Source: Tubiluchus corallicola
Lineage: Eukaryota; Animalia; Priapulida
Direction: 5' to 3'
Length of the DNA stretch: 64,000 bases
Assembly: GCA_030141605.1 (NCBI GenBank)
Contig: JAQGDQ010000172.1
Location: 124,001 to 188,000, forward strand
Shown here: positions 12,721 to 25,000 of the stretch, piece after piece
How the letters are laid out: each line of letters opens with the position of its first letter
Position numbering within the stretch: the stretch's first letter is position 1
The notes under the pieces: generated by a model
The model's input: the letters and a program-made list of their open reading frames with translations, nothing else
What the model was told of the DNA's origin: nothing
Database searches by the model: none
Translations under genes and position numbers: made by a program

Positions 12721-13149
12721 TGTTTGTTGGGCTGTTTTTAATTCTCATGTGAAAATTCTAATTCTGTTTGATTTGTTGTCATTATATTTTAAACAAAGCA
12801 AAGGAAGCATAGTAAAATAAAGAAATAAAAAAGTGAAATAAACACGTTTAAAATCGATAAACTCCTCTATTTCGATTTCCCTTACCAAGGATAGAGTTTT
12901 CCGCACAACCCCACGCATAGCCTTGTGCTCCATGTTCAATCAAAGCGTTTATGAATCATGTCAATCGTGCTGTTGATGCACGCCAACTATTTGATTATCT
13001 TTATTTGTTTGTTTCTGTTTCGATTAACTGCTTTCTAATTGTGCAGTTTCATGATGCTGTTTGTTGTTGCACCTCCCTCATGCACCGCACACAGGCAGCA
13101 TGATGCCAAAGTAAAAGGCGTCAATTTTCTTGCTAAATTCATTCAACCA

Positions 13150-13470
13150 TTCATTCAAATTTTTATTTGGGTAACTAAAACCACATGAAATTTAAATACA
13201 GTACTAAAATGAAATGAAATAAAAAACTACAAGAGTGAATACATATATACAGGACTAGCAAATTAAGAGCTAAATAACTTTTAGAGGCTAATTGTGTAAT
13301 AATTCGTTTCATTTCACAGAAAACAAGATTGACAAGTGTGTGTGAGTTAATAATAGCAGTTATAATGCTAGTGCACAGTAGTAACCTATTTCGAAAGCTA
13401 TAACATGATCTTCTGCGAATATGACTAAAATGTGGTAGAGACAGGTTTACACACATGCCAGAAGCACTGC
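13150..13470 (-). mobile_element. 3' end of an RTE-X-like LINE
   Basis: NLSLPHFSHIRRRSCYSFRNRL...IITAIINS parallels the LINE C-terminus at 52940..53275 (LNLIYFDVIHRKCAYSLHDRL...KSILNS). Confidence 0.55.
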
Positions 13471-13980
13471 AATCGTATTTTAAGTGAAACAGTTTTCTGA
13501 TACCATTGTCCTATGCAATACGCAGTCTATTTAAAACACCATTACTATAATTAGTTCATAAAGACATACAGTAAACGTTGCAACACTAACTGTTAAATAG
13601 CATGATTTTAACATTACCTGAACACATATTAAAGAGTTAATCTGTATATAAAAAGACTAGTTTGGTTTTGAATGTAGCATTGTTGCTTAGATTAGTGCAT
13701 ATTACACGGACAAGGTATTTCTCCTGAATACTTACAGGCAATGCAGCATTATCAAGCAATAACGTGTTTCAGGCATGAAGGTAAGAAATTTAGACATTTG
13801 TTTTTTGTCGAATTAAAATCAACTTTATGAAGATTAGCAAAGCTAGAGCAAGTTTTCAGATCTTGAAGTACAGGTTGCAAGTAAGACAATGTCATCAGCA
13901 TAAATTAAATGGTTAATGATATTTCCTGTAAGATGACAACACTTCATCCCATTCAATTTTACAGATAGCTCATGAATATA

Positions 13981-14600
13981 TAAGGACGTGCAGGATTTAA
14001 GGGGACTGAAGAAAGTAGGACGAGATCATAAGAACTGTCAACACAACTAAACTTTACTATTCCTTTACTTCTTCGCTGCTATCTCTTTCATTCTTCTTTC
14101 TAGATGTCCTTCCTTCTTATTCATTTTTTATTCCTTTATTACGTATTTCCTGTTTTAACTTTTTCCCCCTTTTTTCTTCCCGCTCCTTTGCTTCGCTTTC
14201 CCCTGCTTTCAATTTTTTATTTTGCTTTTGTTTTTCTTCAAGTTCTTTGTGTGCTTCATTCCTTCATTCATTCTTTTCCATCTTTGCTTACTTGCTTCTT
14301 TTTTTATTTGTTATTTTTTCCCTCTTTTCTGCAGTGAATTATTTACCCGTTTCACTTTTTCCTTTTTATCATTTTTCGTCACTTTGAATTTTGGTCATTT
14401 GGTCGTTTCAGCCTGGATGAATAATTGACTTCGTTGGTACTTTCATCGTTGGTACTATAGTTTGAGGAACTTAAGTTAATTAGTCTAATTGTTGCGTCAA
14501 AATTACCCTCCCAACATCCTAATCCTTAATCCTTATGTGTTGACAGTTCTTATGATCTCGTCCTACTTCCTTGAGTCCCCTTAAGTCCTGCACGTCCCTG
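13981..14600. mobile_element. MITE-like element with ~62-bp terminal inverted repeats
   Basis: 13984-14045 (ggacgtgcaggatttaaggggact...aactgtcaacaca) is the reverse complement of 14536-14597, with 3 mismatches. Pyrimidine-rich interior. No TSD seen. Confidence 0.85.
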
Positions 14601-15089
14601 ACATTCTGAATTTCCCGTTTCCCACGAAGCGGTGATATGGAAATAACGCTCATCGAGCATGTCCTGACAAACACATCATATCCCTAAACTAAGCTTTGGT
14701 AATCTAACCCTCATCCCCATCTAAATCGTCTCCTCACTGCACAGCGGGACCCATGAAACTGTGTTTTTATGTCGATTGGCGACTGACTGGCGATAACTGA
14801 CGATCCTTCTAATCGGTTCTTGTCTTTTGTGCTCCCCTGGGATGGACAGCTGATGCTAAAGACAACTCCGTTTATTCAAGTAGACCTCAAACAAAATAGA
14901 GGAGGTGTGTTGCTTTGGCTTATCAGTCGTCGCTTCTTCATCTCATTTCAAACAAAAGTCAACAATGTTAGCATCAGACTGCAGTATTTTTCATGCTTTT
15001 TGCGCCCAAAAGAGCGAAATGTGTTTTTGCATAGTTTTGCAGACTTGGGACTTGGAGGTGTTAGCTAATTTAGATGATTGTCCCATTAA

Positions 15090-15780
15090 GTGATTGACTG
15101 GTTGTAAGGTAGTTTAGTTATGACTGGTTGCTTAACGGATCTACTGAACGATTGATTGATTTGTTTGGTTGATTGATTAATCGATCCATCGATTAACTGA
15201 TTAATTGACTGATTGATGATTGGCTGACTGACTGAGTGACTCATTGACTGAACTGACACACTGGCTGACTGACAGAATAACTGACTGACTGATCGACTGA
15301 CCGATCAAACTGAATGACAAATTGATTGATTACTTGCTTGACTAACCTACTGATTAGTTGGCTGAGTGGTTGAATGACTGTCTAACTGATTTGATTGAAT
15401 GCCTGACGACTAACTGATTGGTTGGATTGCTGGTAAGTTGTTTGCTGATTTGTCTGACTGAGTGGCTTTTGACTTGACAATTCAACTGATCTGTCTGTTT
15501 GTTCATTCACTTATTTGTTCACCCATCCATGCCTTTATTTATTGACCGTTTAACCAACAGACCTGCCAACCAATCAGCTGCAGAATAAACTGCGAATAAA
15601 ATGTTTAATAATTGGTCAATCTATTTGTTGATAATTGATTCACTAATTAATTAGTTGTTTAAACAATCGGCTGAATGTTGATAAATTAAATGAATGTGTG
15701 GATGATTGGATCAATCAGTAAACAAAATGTCAGTCTCAATTAAATAGTCAGGTGACTGATTATTTAATTAGCTGTTTTAC
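15090..15780. repeat. Degenerate (GACT/GATT)n tetranucleotide tract
   Basis: Visible tgac/tgat/tgaa periodicity. Confidence 0.85.
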
Positions 15781-15829
15781 AGGTATTTGATCAGTGGATT
15801 TCTCAGATTTAATTAATTTTTATGAAAAA

Positions 15830-15900
15830 GTTAGCATCGCCACTAGAACTCGAACGCAAGACCTTCTGCTTTCCGGGGTATCTATGCTAACCATTACGTT
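15830..15900 (-). mobile_element. tRNA-derived SINE head
   Basis: Minus strand reads cgtaatggttagca (A-box-like)...gttcgagttc (B-box-like). No full cloverleaf. Confidence 0.55.
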
Positions 15901-16084
15901 CGATAGTTAACCCAGATTTACAAGTTTTACAATCACAAAAGCTACTGATAATTTCTTAACTTTCAATTCGTCGGATTTTTACATGATATAAACACACTTA
16001 GGCCTTATTAATCATCATAAATCGCGTTTTTACGTAAGTTCTGCATCTCCTTGAAACCCGTGATGGAAACCACAATCCGGGACC

Positions 16085-16330
16085 ACAGTCAGTTCATCAG
16101 ATTGACAAGACATCAACGTTTCAGTAGTCATTACAGCTTGTTCTCAAATTAGCAGATCCCATTATACGTCTCACTTCTTAAGAGGAACCATATGCACAAA
16201 CTCTCTCCCCGTCCTTGCAGATTATGTTGCGGAGTTTACTGGTAATAGTTATATACCGAATTGGCTTGCAAAGTAAATGTTTGGGAAACTGGCGCAACGT
16301 GTTAGCTCTCTATGGATCAAGCACGCGTTG
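16085..16330 (-). mobile_element. Penelope-like 3' remnant
   Basis: An NIICKDGER segment resembles the N.D.G end of GIY-YIG domains. It is followed by a degenerate hammerhead-like ...gtaatgactactgaaacgttg. Confidence 0.35.
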
Positions 16331-16489
16331 CGGTCGGCAGAACTTTGAAAGATAATTGCTGGGATAATCTTGTGCGCCTTTTAAAGGGCAAAAGTCAAAT
16401 AATTTTTTGCTCTAGAGCGTTTAGAATGATGAAGTCAGTTGGTCAGTTCATCAATTGGATAAGCAGGTCATTTCGGCGTGCATTAACAA

Positions 16490-16795
16490 TAAGTCGCTAG
16501 GCAAATTAGTAATTTAGTTCAGTAATTTAGTCCTTTAGTTTGTGAAATTAAAATAAGTCACTAGATAAATACAATAAGCTAGTAAATAAACTAGAAATTT
16601 AATCAGTTGGTTTGTGATAATACAATGTCAGTAGACAAATTAGTATTATTGTCTTCTAGTTTGTGTAATTACATTAAACCAGTAGACGCATTAGTAATAC
16701 AGTCTTTTAGTTTGTGAAATTGCAATAAGTTAGTACATAAATTAGTTATATAGTTTTTAAATTTGTGGAGTTACAATAAATCAGTAGACAAATTG
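16490..16795. repeat. Minisatellite, ~51-bp unit
   Basis: Recurring gtagacaaattagta...tagtttgtgaaattacaataa units. Confidence 0.8.
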
Positions 16796-17474
16796 GGAGC
16801 CGTCGCCATATTATCTAACATGTGACTGTCATTATTTTTATAAAAAAGCTTCACCACTGCACACTAACAATACTGATTTGACCGACTGGATCATATCATA
16901 ATTTACCATTCGATAAGAATAAAAGTTGAGTAACGAGCCATTCACGTCGTGGGGGAAGTTTGATTTCGAACTAACTTAAAATTCGTAAATTTGCTTTACA
17001 GGAAACATCTGATGAGTTGTTGAAAGGCTTTTAATTAATATAATTAACTTTCAATAACTTATGTTTAATAATAGGCTGTGTAATACGACATGCTTTTTAT
17101 TTGTAGTTAAATGACGTAATGTAATGTGTATTACTTATCTCAGCGGCTAAGCATTTGGCTCCAAGGTCGGGCGGATAGGCTCTTATATGCTTGTTACTGA
17201 GCAAAGAATTCTCTAAAATGAAAATTTCTGATTATTCATTTTGATTACGCCAAACTTTCTGAAGCTATAGTAAATAATACAAGCAAACAAAAAATGTAAG
17301 TATTCAAACAACCGCAAGGAGAAATGATTAGAAGATTAATTAATTTCATCTGGTAGCTTAGTTAATGTCAAAATTTGAAACCATCAATTAACTGAACGTG
17401 CAAGTATAGTGAATTTTATGGAACAAAAAAGAAAAGTTGTTGATGCTAATATTTTATTAAAATCTCATAAACAA

Positions 17475-17485
17475 TTTATTTTATT
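17475..17485 (-). terminator. Candidate Hand polyadenylation signals (two overlapping AATAAA)
   Basis: Plus-strand tttattttatt about 1.17 kb past the Hand stop. Other signals are possible. Confidence 0.4.
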
Positions 17486-18652
17486 GGTCAAATACATAGC
17501 ATTAATAATATATACAAATGCACTGGCACAAAAAAAACATCTTTACAATGCATGTCAGCATAATTAGCTAAAGTACACAAAGTTAAAATCATATAGTTTT
17601 GCTTTTATTCGTATACCTACAGTTTGTTTTCAGAACTGTATATAGGATCATAATAAAATGGAACCCCACAAGACTGGACAAGTAAAAGTAAACTTGAAGT
17701 TTTAACACAACCTCACCAAGTCTTCATACTATTTGTCTTGCTTTTGTTTCATGCAAAAAATGCAATCGATGGTAATTCATTAAAGCACTTCTCTGGTTTC
17801 AAAAACTTATTCTTGGCTTGTGCAAACTTTACTAAACGCTACAAAAAGAACATACATTAAGGACTCGCTAAGACAGTATTGCACGCCTATTGTTAATGAA
17901 CGTTTGAGCAAGCATGAGGTATCGTAAGTTAACTTTATAATGCACAGTTTGAACGCTGTTTCAATTATACTCTTCTTCTACCTATGATATAATGACGACA
18001 ATATTCGTCTATATATAGACTGAAACAGTTACAATGATTCTTTTCAGTTGTCGTAAAAATAGCTTTCATGTATGACCTGACATTCTATTAATAATGAATA
18101 GAAATAGTAAATCCTATTAATAATAACAACTGGCGGGTAAAACGTTATAAACGTACGCCATATACATATCCCATATACATGAGAGCTATGAGTAAGATAC
18201 TTAAATCATGTTAGTACAGTAAACCAACATGTGTTCCAGACAATAAGATGTACAGGGAAGAGCCTTTTAATGAATCTTCTTGTTAGCGCCTTGTTTGCAT
18301 GTCTGCGTCCGTTAAAAACAAGTTCTTCTGAGTGAGAGCCAACGTGCTTTACTTCGACACATATTTTATCGTCGTGCTACTCATCATTATGGCAGTTCAG
18401 TAGAGCTTTTTTCACCATCTCTTTCTTTTATGTATGAGGCAAGTATTAACAACGTCTTGAACGCCATAGCTACATATTAGTATTGAAAAGTGAAGCCACT
18501 AAATTCACAAGAACTGTCTATAGGTATCATAACCTTCAGACCAAAGGATATCACTGCTCTCTGAAGTAGCCTGAAGAAAACAATTAAGGGTTTCCTTTGT
18601 AACTATAATTATAAGTGGCCCAATGATGGCAAACCTCGTCTAAATCTTCTTG

Positions 18653-18763
18653 TCATTGTTGAAGCTCCATCGCCCATACTTGTTGGGGCCATCCAGTTCG
18701 CCCCTTTGGTTTCTTGTCTTCCTGAACTCCACTAGGCGACAATTCGTAAAGTTCTGTGTTTTC
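18653..18763 (-). CDS. Hand: Hand exon 2
   Basis: Acceptor ttttgtag|GAA. Reads ENTELYELSPSGVQEDKKPKGRTGWPQQVWAMELQQ*, containing the diagnostic Hand C-terminal motif KGRTGWPQxVWAxEL. Phase 0, matching exon 1. Confidence 0.97.
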   Translation of the reverse strand, partial: ENTELYELSPSGVQEDKKPKGRTGWPQQVWAMELQQ

Positions 18764-18900
18764 CTACAAAATAATAATTGGCAAAATTTAGAATACAGAA
18801 ATATAGAATACTTAGAATATTTAGAATACTTCAAATACAGAAACAGATTAAATAAATACAGGTAAAGAAGCCTTATTTTGATCAGCGTTTAGCAAACTTG

Positions 18901-19020
18901 CAGGCAGACAGAGAGACTGGCAGGTAGGGAGGCATGAAGACAGACAAGCAGGCAGGCTGGCAGGCAGACAGACAGACAGGAAGACAGATAGACAAACAGA
19001 AAGACAGACAGATAGGTAAA
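18901..19020. repeat. (CAGA/CAGG)n microsatellite in the Hand intron
   Basis: Visible tetranucleotide run. Confidence 0.9.
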
Positions 19021-21139
19021 CGAACGAGCAACTTTAGTGGTCTACAATGGTCTAGAATCGCATTTATGCCTTGCGTGATTGGCACCAGGATTCGATACTC
19101 TACCTGGAAGGTTTCATAAATTCATCATATACGTACACAAAATTCAGCGTTTTCCAAACAGATATGTAATGTGATTTTATGTCTTAAAATAAGTGTACCT
19201 AATTTACTACTGTACTGCAGCACTTTTCTATTCATATTTCGAATTACGACTAGTTTAACGCATTTTGACATTTTGAGTCCTGTGGCACAGCAGCAGCGAC
19301 AAAGGCTGCACTACCTTGGTGGCACCAAGATGTAAAGGCAATGGCTCAGCTAAATCTCATATCGCTGCCCCAATCGTTAGCAAAACTGACTAAACAACAA
19401 AAATGCTTTATTGTTATTCTGTTAGACTGTTAATATCATTTCCCTGTAATCTGGGGTAGGCTAACTTTAGAACTACATTTATTTTATAATTGTATGCTAG
19501 GACACTCTGAATCAGCCGGCAGTAATTTATTGTCGAATCTTGTCATCAGGTGGCGGTAAATTCGCCGCGTTGTTTACACCGCGTAAACTGTGATGCGTAA
19601 GTGATGAAATACGCGCTATTAACTTATAAAATTGACTTCAAAACTGCGGAGTAAACAGGGAACACCTGCAGACGAGGGCGGATTTAGCTAAGCTTTCTTT
19701 GCTGCTAAGATCACGCCCAGACGTTGAGTCTAAGAAGGTTCACAGTGAGTTCTTAAAAGTGTGTACGACAAGTTTTCATGCAAAACAGACTGAGATCGTA
19801 TGAAACCTCTAATGCTGTTTTTCTCTTGCCGCATGGATGCGCCGCGTGCGTCTGTTTAAACTCCAGGAAGAAAACTGTGAATGTGAACGCATTTGATTAC
19901 GTTAATCAAGTGGCTACACGTTACGTGTATGTGTACTCAGATGCATGTTCTACTTTTTTTGCTTCTACTCCTTCTGCCCAAATCTTAAAGCTGACTGCTC
20001 CTTCACGATAGTAAGTTATTTTTAAGAAAATGCCAGGCAAATATTAACCACAGTACTACATGCTGTAGGCTTTAGCTAAAACACTACCTGCTAGAGTTTC
20101 AAAAGTGATTAATGTGAAAAGTTATAGATTTCCACGAGAATGGACAGTAGTTAGTCTCCTAGGAAAAACTATAATGACTTATGATTTCAGTTTATGTGCT
20201 TTAAGTTGAAGTAAGCCATATTTTTGTTTTATAAAAAATGTATATAACTGAAATAAGTCCTGACTAGTCGATATACGGATACTGTTCTTTATCATTGCTT
20301 GAATATATTAATTCTTTCCTGGGGGCTTTTTGCGTGATCTTGACAGAAATGTGGTTTCTGCTGTTGCCTAGAAAACTGGCATTTGTTCGAAAACCCTTGA
20401 AAAATGTCGCCGGCGGAGATTTTTTAGAACGTGATTGTAAGATTGCAGATTTGCAATAGATCTTGAGTAGGACATCATTGTCTAGGAAGGCACAGCTGCT
20501 AAATTCTTGCTTACCCCCTCTACATTTTCAATAAGATATACTTGGCACCATATCGCTATATACTCTCTCTCGCGCCTTAGGGGTTAAACAATCGAGTGGC
20601 AAAGTAGTTATTGAAACAGAAGCCCGAATTTGAGCAAGCAGTGAGTGTCATGGGCAGCTGTGCATGATATCTCTTGTGTTGTTTTGACTTGGCTTGAAGG
20701 CTCTGCTGCCGCTAGCATCTGACTATATTTATGCCCATCTTATCAACTCACTTATTCATTGAAAATAAATTAAAGAAAGCAACAGAGTTGACTAATGGCG
20801 TCCTATGTGGCGGAACCATTAATATCGCATTTCACACGTGTTCGAATAATTTCGAACGTAAATTAATAGGACCTGTTTGGGAATATGATGTTAAAATAAG
20901 TTTAAATCTATCAGTTTAAAAAATTGCAAATTTGTGGAAATGGAGCAGACAAAGTCGTTAGATCTGGTGACTATAATCATGCGAACTCAGGGAACGCCAA
21001 TGTGATTGATTAGCTAAAGCACTTATCTTTCTGATAAATACCTTATTTCATACTTCAGATGTGCACTGTACGATTTTCTAAAATGAGCATTGGCGCTGTT
21101 GCTGGATGACTCGAGCCAAATCGCTACTTTTCAGTATGT

Positions 21140-21795
21140 TATTGTTCTTGTTCTTGTTGGAGGGGTGATCTTTCGAAAAAAGTCTTGTAACGAATTGTCA
21201 CGAAATTTTACAAGAACACGCTAGAACGAATTCCGCATCGATTGAAGGAGTTGAATTTCGATCTGCTATTTTCAATTCAAGACGAGGATAACATTGGCGA
21301 CGATAACATTATTTTCGACAATAGCCCAAGGCTCTGTGAATTCGTTACGGATTGTCGGGAAACTTTACATTAATATACTGGAACGAGTTCTGTTTCGGCT
21401 GGCAGAGTCCAGTTTTCGATTGCCATTTTGAATTCAAGATGGCGGCGATGACATCATTTCCGAAAAAGCCTACGAATCTACTGCCATTTCGCAGTGGATC
21501 ATCACAAAACCTTATAAGAACATGTACTAGAATGAATTCTTTATCGATTGACGGAGTCGGATTTTCTATTTTTCCCCTTAAATTAAAGATGGCGGTATTG
21601 AAGTCTTTTTTGTTTGAATTCTTGAATTCGAAATATCGCGTCGCCGTCATTTTCTAAAAAGAAAACCTAAAAACCAAAACTTAAAGATGCGAACAAACAT
21701 ACTAGAACAAATTTTGCATCTATTGGTGGAGCCAGATTTTTGATCCACAGTCTCGAATTGAGCGAGTCGCTTGACTTCCAAGTCGAAGTTATTTA
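21140..21795. mobile_element. Non-autonomous repeat with three internal subrepeats (Helentron/HINE-like) in the Hand intron
   Basis: The unit ctagaacgaatt...atcgattga.ggag...tttc recurs at ~21220, ~21525 and ~21700. It has caagatggcgg/gccattttg motifs and a terminal gacttccaagtc palindrome. Confidence 0.5.
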
Positions 21796-21957
21796 AATTG
21801 TAGTTTAGTCTGAGTATGTATGTAACACGTAGACCTACTTTGCTAGGCTTTTGGGACTACACACACGAAAAATAACAAAAATTAACTATCTAGTAGGTTT
21901 ATAACGCAAATTTTAAAATTAGAATCTTTTTTCAAGCTCGTACTGTAAATTTTGTTC

Positions 21958-22120
21958 TGTATTGCGCGGTGTTGTGTTTTGTTATGTCGTATTGTATTGT
22001 ATATTGTATTGTATTGCATCACATCGCGTTGTACTGTATTGTATTTTGCTTTGCTTTCAAGCAATGAACTAAATTGAATTGCAATTCACTGCACTGCACT
22101 GCATTGCATTATATTGTAGT
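21958..22120. repeat. (TATTG)n/(CACTG)n pentanucleotide tract
   Basis: Visible periodicity. Confidence 0.85.
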
Positions 22121-22497
22121 TATTCTTTCGATTCATATTTATTAGGCGAGCAGATTTCTTTCTCAAATAGTTGAGATTGAAACAGCAAAAAAAGATTCGA
22201 GAAAAAGGCGAAGGCCATCTAAGCTACAAGCATTTTGACGCGTTTAAAAAAATCACCAAGTTTATTTTTTTAACATCAAAACAAACAATTTAGAAGTAGG
22301 CCTACAAGCGCTTACAATTTTGTCATCAAAAGAGCAGGAAAGCTGCAACAGCATTGCGCTTTAGTCGGTTTATTACAATTTATTGGTGTTCAATACAAGA
22401 CGTTTTATACAGTACGAGTTATCAAATTGTAGTTTACTTCGTAATGCCGGGTTCAATAATTACTATTAAATTTCCTTTTTCTTTCTCCCGGACTTCT

Positions 22498-22571
22498 ATC
22501 TCTCTTTTTCTCTCTTTCTTTCTCTCTCTCTCCCTCTCTCTCTCTCTGTGTCTCACTCTCTCTTTCCCTCT
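22498..22571. repeat. (CT)n microsatellite
   Basis: Visible. Confidence 0.9.
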
Positions 22572-23499
22572 GTAGGCCTATATATATTACCTGTCTTTAT
22601 AAACAAGTTTTTAAAATTTTAAGTAAACAATTGATAGATGACAGTTTCGTTCACAATTTGTCTTTTAATGTGAACAAAATATTTTAAACAATATATATTT
22701 TGTATGGAACGTAGGTGGGTATACAGCGATTGTAAAAAGTGAAAAAATAACAGTGTAGACGTATGGGCCTGCAGAAAAGCCACTGTGTGTAAAATGGAAA
22801 AAGAAATGTATACCGACTGTTGTAACTTCACTGTGTATCTTATCATTGCTATTTTCTTTCCGAGTATATAACCAGTGGCACCGATAAACTATTTACACCA
22901 AATTTTTACCATATGAATAATAACGACGAGACACTATGAACAAATCGGCACTTATAGATTCGATAACAATATTATGAATACGTATTGTGAATAAATCGAT
23001 ATTATGAGTCGATCATATGAATAACATTGATATCAACTTTCTATAACATAAATTACAAGGCATTTGTATTTTAAATTTTCACATTTTTAATCTCTTAGTC
23101 GGTGAAATTAGCTGACCATTGTTTGTAAAACATACTTGAAAAGAAATTATCATGTCATGCATCGTGCCATTTTTACCAGTCACTAGCTTCTCCAGTTATC
23201 AAACTGCTATAGAATTACTGTTATATAAAATTAATTGATAATATTTATGTTATTTAATGCCACGTAGTGATAAAGAAACTGTTTTAGTATACTTCATTGC
23301 AATGAATGATATTTCGCACTGATAAACTGCTCTGTATATACTGGCCATTTTGACATTTTGCTCAAAACAAATTACAGTGCTTATTAAAAAACAGCATACA
23401 CCTGAAGTAACCCTCTATTGGAAAAAGTCATGGCATAAAACACATACTTTTTTACTTTACTAAACTAACTAAACCTGCAGATGAAAGCGGCTTACTTAC

Positions 23500-24030
23500 A
23501 ATTTCTCTCCTTTTCTTTTCCTCTTTGGAGTTGTTAAAATGTTTAGTCACGTGTTTCGTTACAAGTTCAGCTTTGAAGTTTTCCGCTAACAAAGCCGGAT
23601 CGTCTTTAGATAACACCTCGGTCAGATAAGCAATGTAACTGGTAGCCAACCGCAATGTCTTTATTTTTGACAACTTTGTGTCTGACGGAACGTTAGGTAT
23701 GCACTCACGTAAGTCAGAGAATGCTGTATTAATACTGATCGTTCTCCTTCTCTCTTTTTTGTTCGCCGTGCTCCTCCGTTTTACAGTCCGTTCACCCGTA
23801 TACCGCGTGGAACCGTCAACAAAACTATATTCTGCCCGAATTCCCGGATCTACCAGGCTCGGGTACATCTCCATACTTCCGTCGGTTTGCCCCTGCACCC
23901 AATTCGGATAGTATTGTCCCAGATCTGACACAGAATCTGGAAAACAAGCTGGAGGTGGGTAGTGATAAAAGCCGTTGTGTGCTACTGGTGAGCCGTGGAA
24001 CGCTTGCGGATAACCTCCGACTATACTCAT
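23500..24030 (-). CDS. Hand: Hand exon 1 (Twist-family bHLH transcription factor)
   Basis: MSIVGGYP start and b[56 protein letters not shown]. Donor ATT|gtaagt after EEKKRREI, the same position as the vertebrate Hand intron. 177 codons. Confidence 0.98.
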
Positions 24031-24230
24031 CTTGGCAGATTTTTTTCTCTCTGACTAGAAGTGGCAGCTGGAAGAATATATAAGCACCAAGTGGCAGAGG
24101 AGATGGTATCAGGGGAGGCTCCACCCATTCATAACTATCTCCACCAATCAAATTAGCGGAAGCCTGATGGATTTGAGTGTCTGCGATACCAGCCTGAATT
24201 TATCAGCCCAACACCCACTAATTGCTCTGA
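24031..24230 (-). promoter_or_regulatory. Hand proximal promoter
   Basis: TATATA at 24077-24082, CAGCTG 24065-24070, CAAGTG 24088-24093, CCAAT 24144-24148, and several GATA cores. Confidence 0.6.
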
Positions 24231-25000
24231 AGACTTGTGGTTGCAATGCTTTGTTAATTATTGCCCAAAGCGGCTGTTAATCATCTGGAACCATTGATAT
24301 GCGATATGAACCTTTTTTGCATATGTTCGCAAATAATTTTCTGCTACTTTTTCAATATTAAGGTACAATTTTGTTACTTTTAAACTACTGGCGAAAAGTG
24401 TGTGAGTCCACGAAATGAAAACTTTTTTATTCTGGTAAAACGTTCTATAATTCTTAATAGTAAAATTGCGTTTTAGTCTATAATTTTAATATTATTTGCG
24501 TTTTTTAAAACTTGCTGGTTAAAATTTTCAGTAAACAAGGCGGAACTGAAAAAGCCCCGTTTCTAAGATTATTATAATTGTTCAATTTTATGTCAGAATA
24601 ATACCTAAATAGAAAATGTGAAATGAAACTCCTTCTATTGGGAAACGGTCATCATTTTTCATCTGCAAAGTCTGATAAAATTTATTCTCGTAAGATGCCT
24701 TTTTGTGAGCAAACCGTTCTGAACGTAAAGTTTATGATTATAAGCAGCTGTTGTAGAAGCACTAATGTTATATAAGTGCTTAAGTAGCCTTGCTCATTCC
24801 GGTTTGGGATTCATGGCTTGGTTATGTGGTCTGCAAGTTCTAGCTCTTGGGGTTGCTCATATGTTTGGAAACAGTCGGACTAAGCTAATGTCGGATTGTA
24901 AAAATGCCCTTGGTAAAACCAGTAAAAAGAGTTTTAGACATTCAGTCAGGTGTCACATAACTTATGTTAATCGATCATTTTAGCTGTCTGTTGAGAGTTA

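Noticed and set aside
17009-17030. CTGATGAG...GAAA hammerhead-like core
   Set aside because: No credible stem II, stem III or cleavage triplet.
23452-23499. C-terminal [15 protein letters not shown] of the 192-aa Hand ORF
   Set aside because: Read-through into the intron past the gtaagt donor; the conserved C-terminus is in the 18763 exon.
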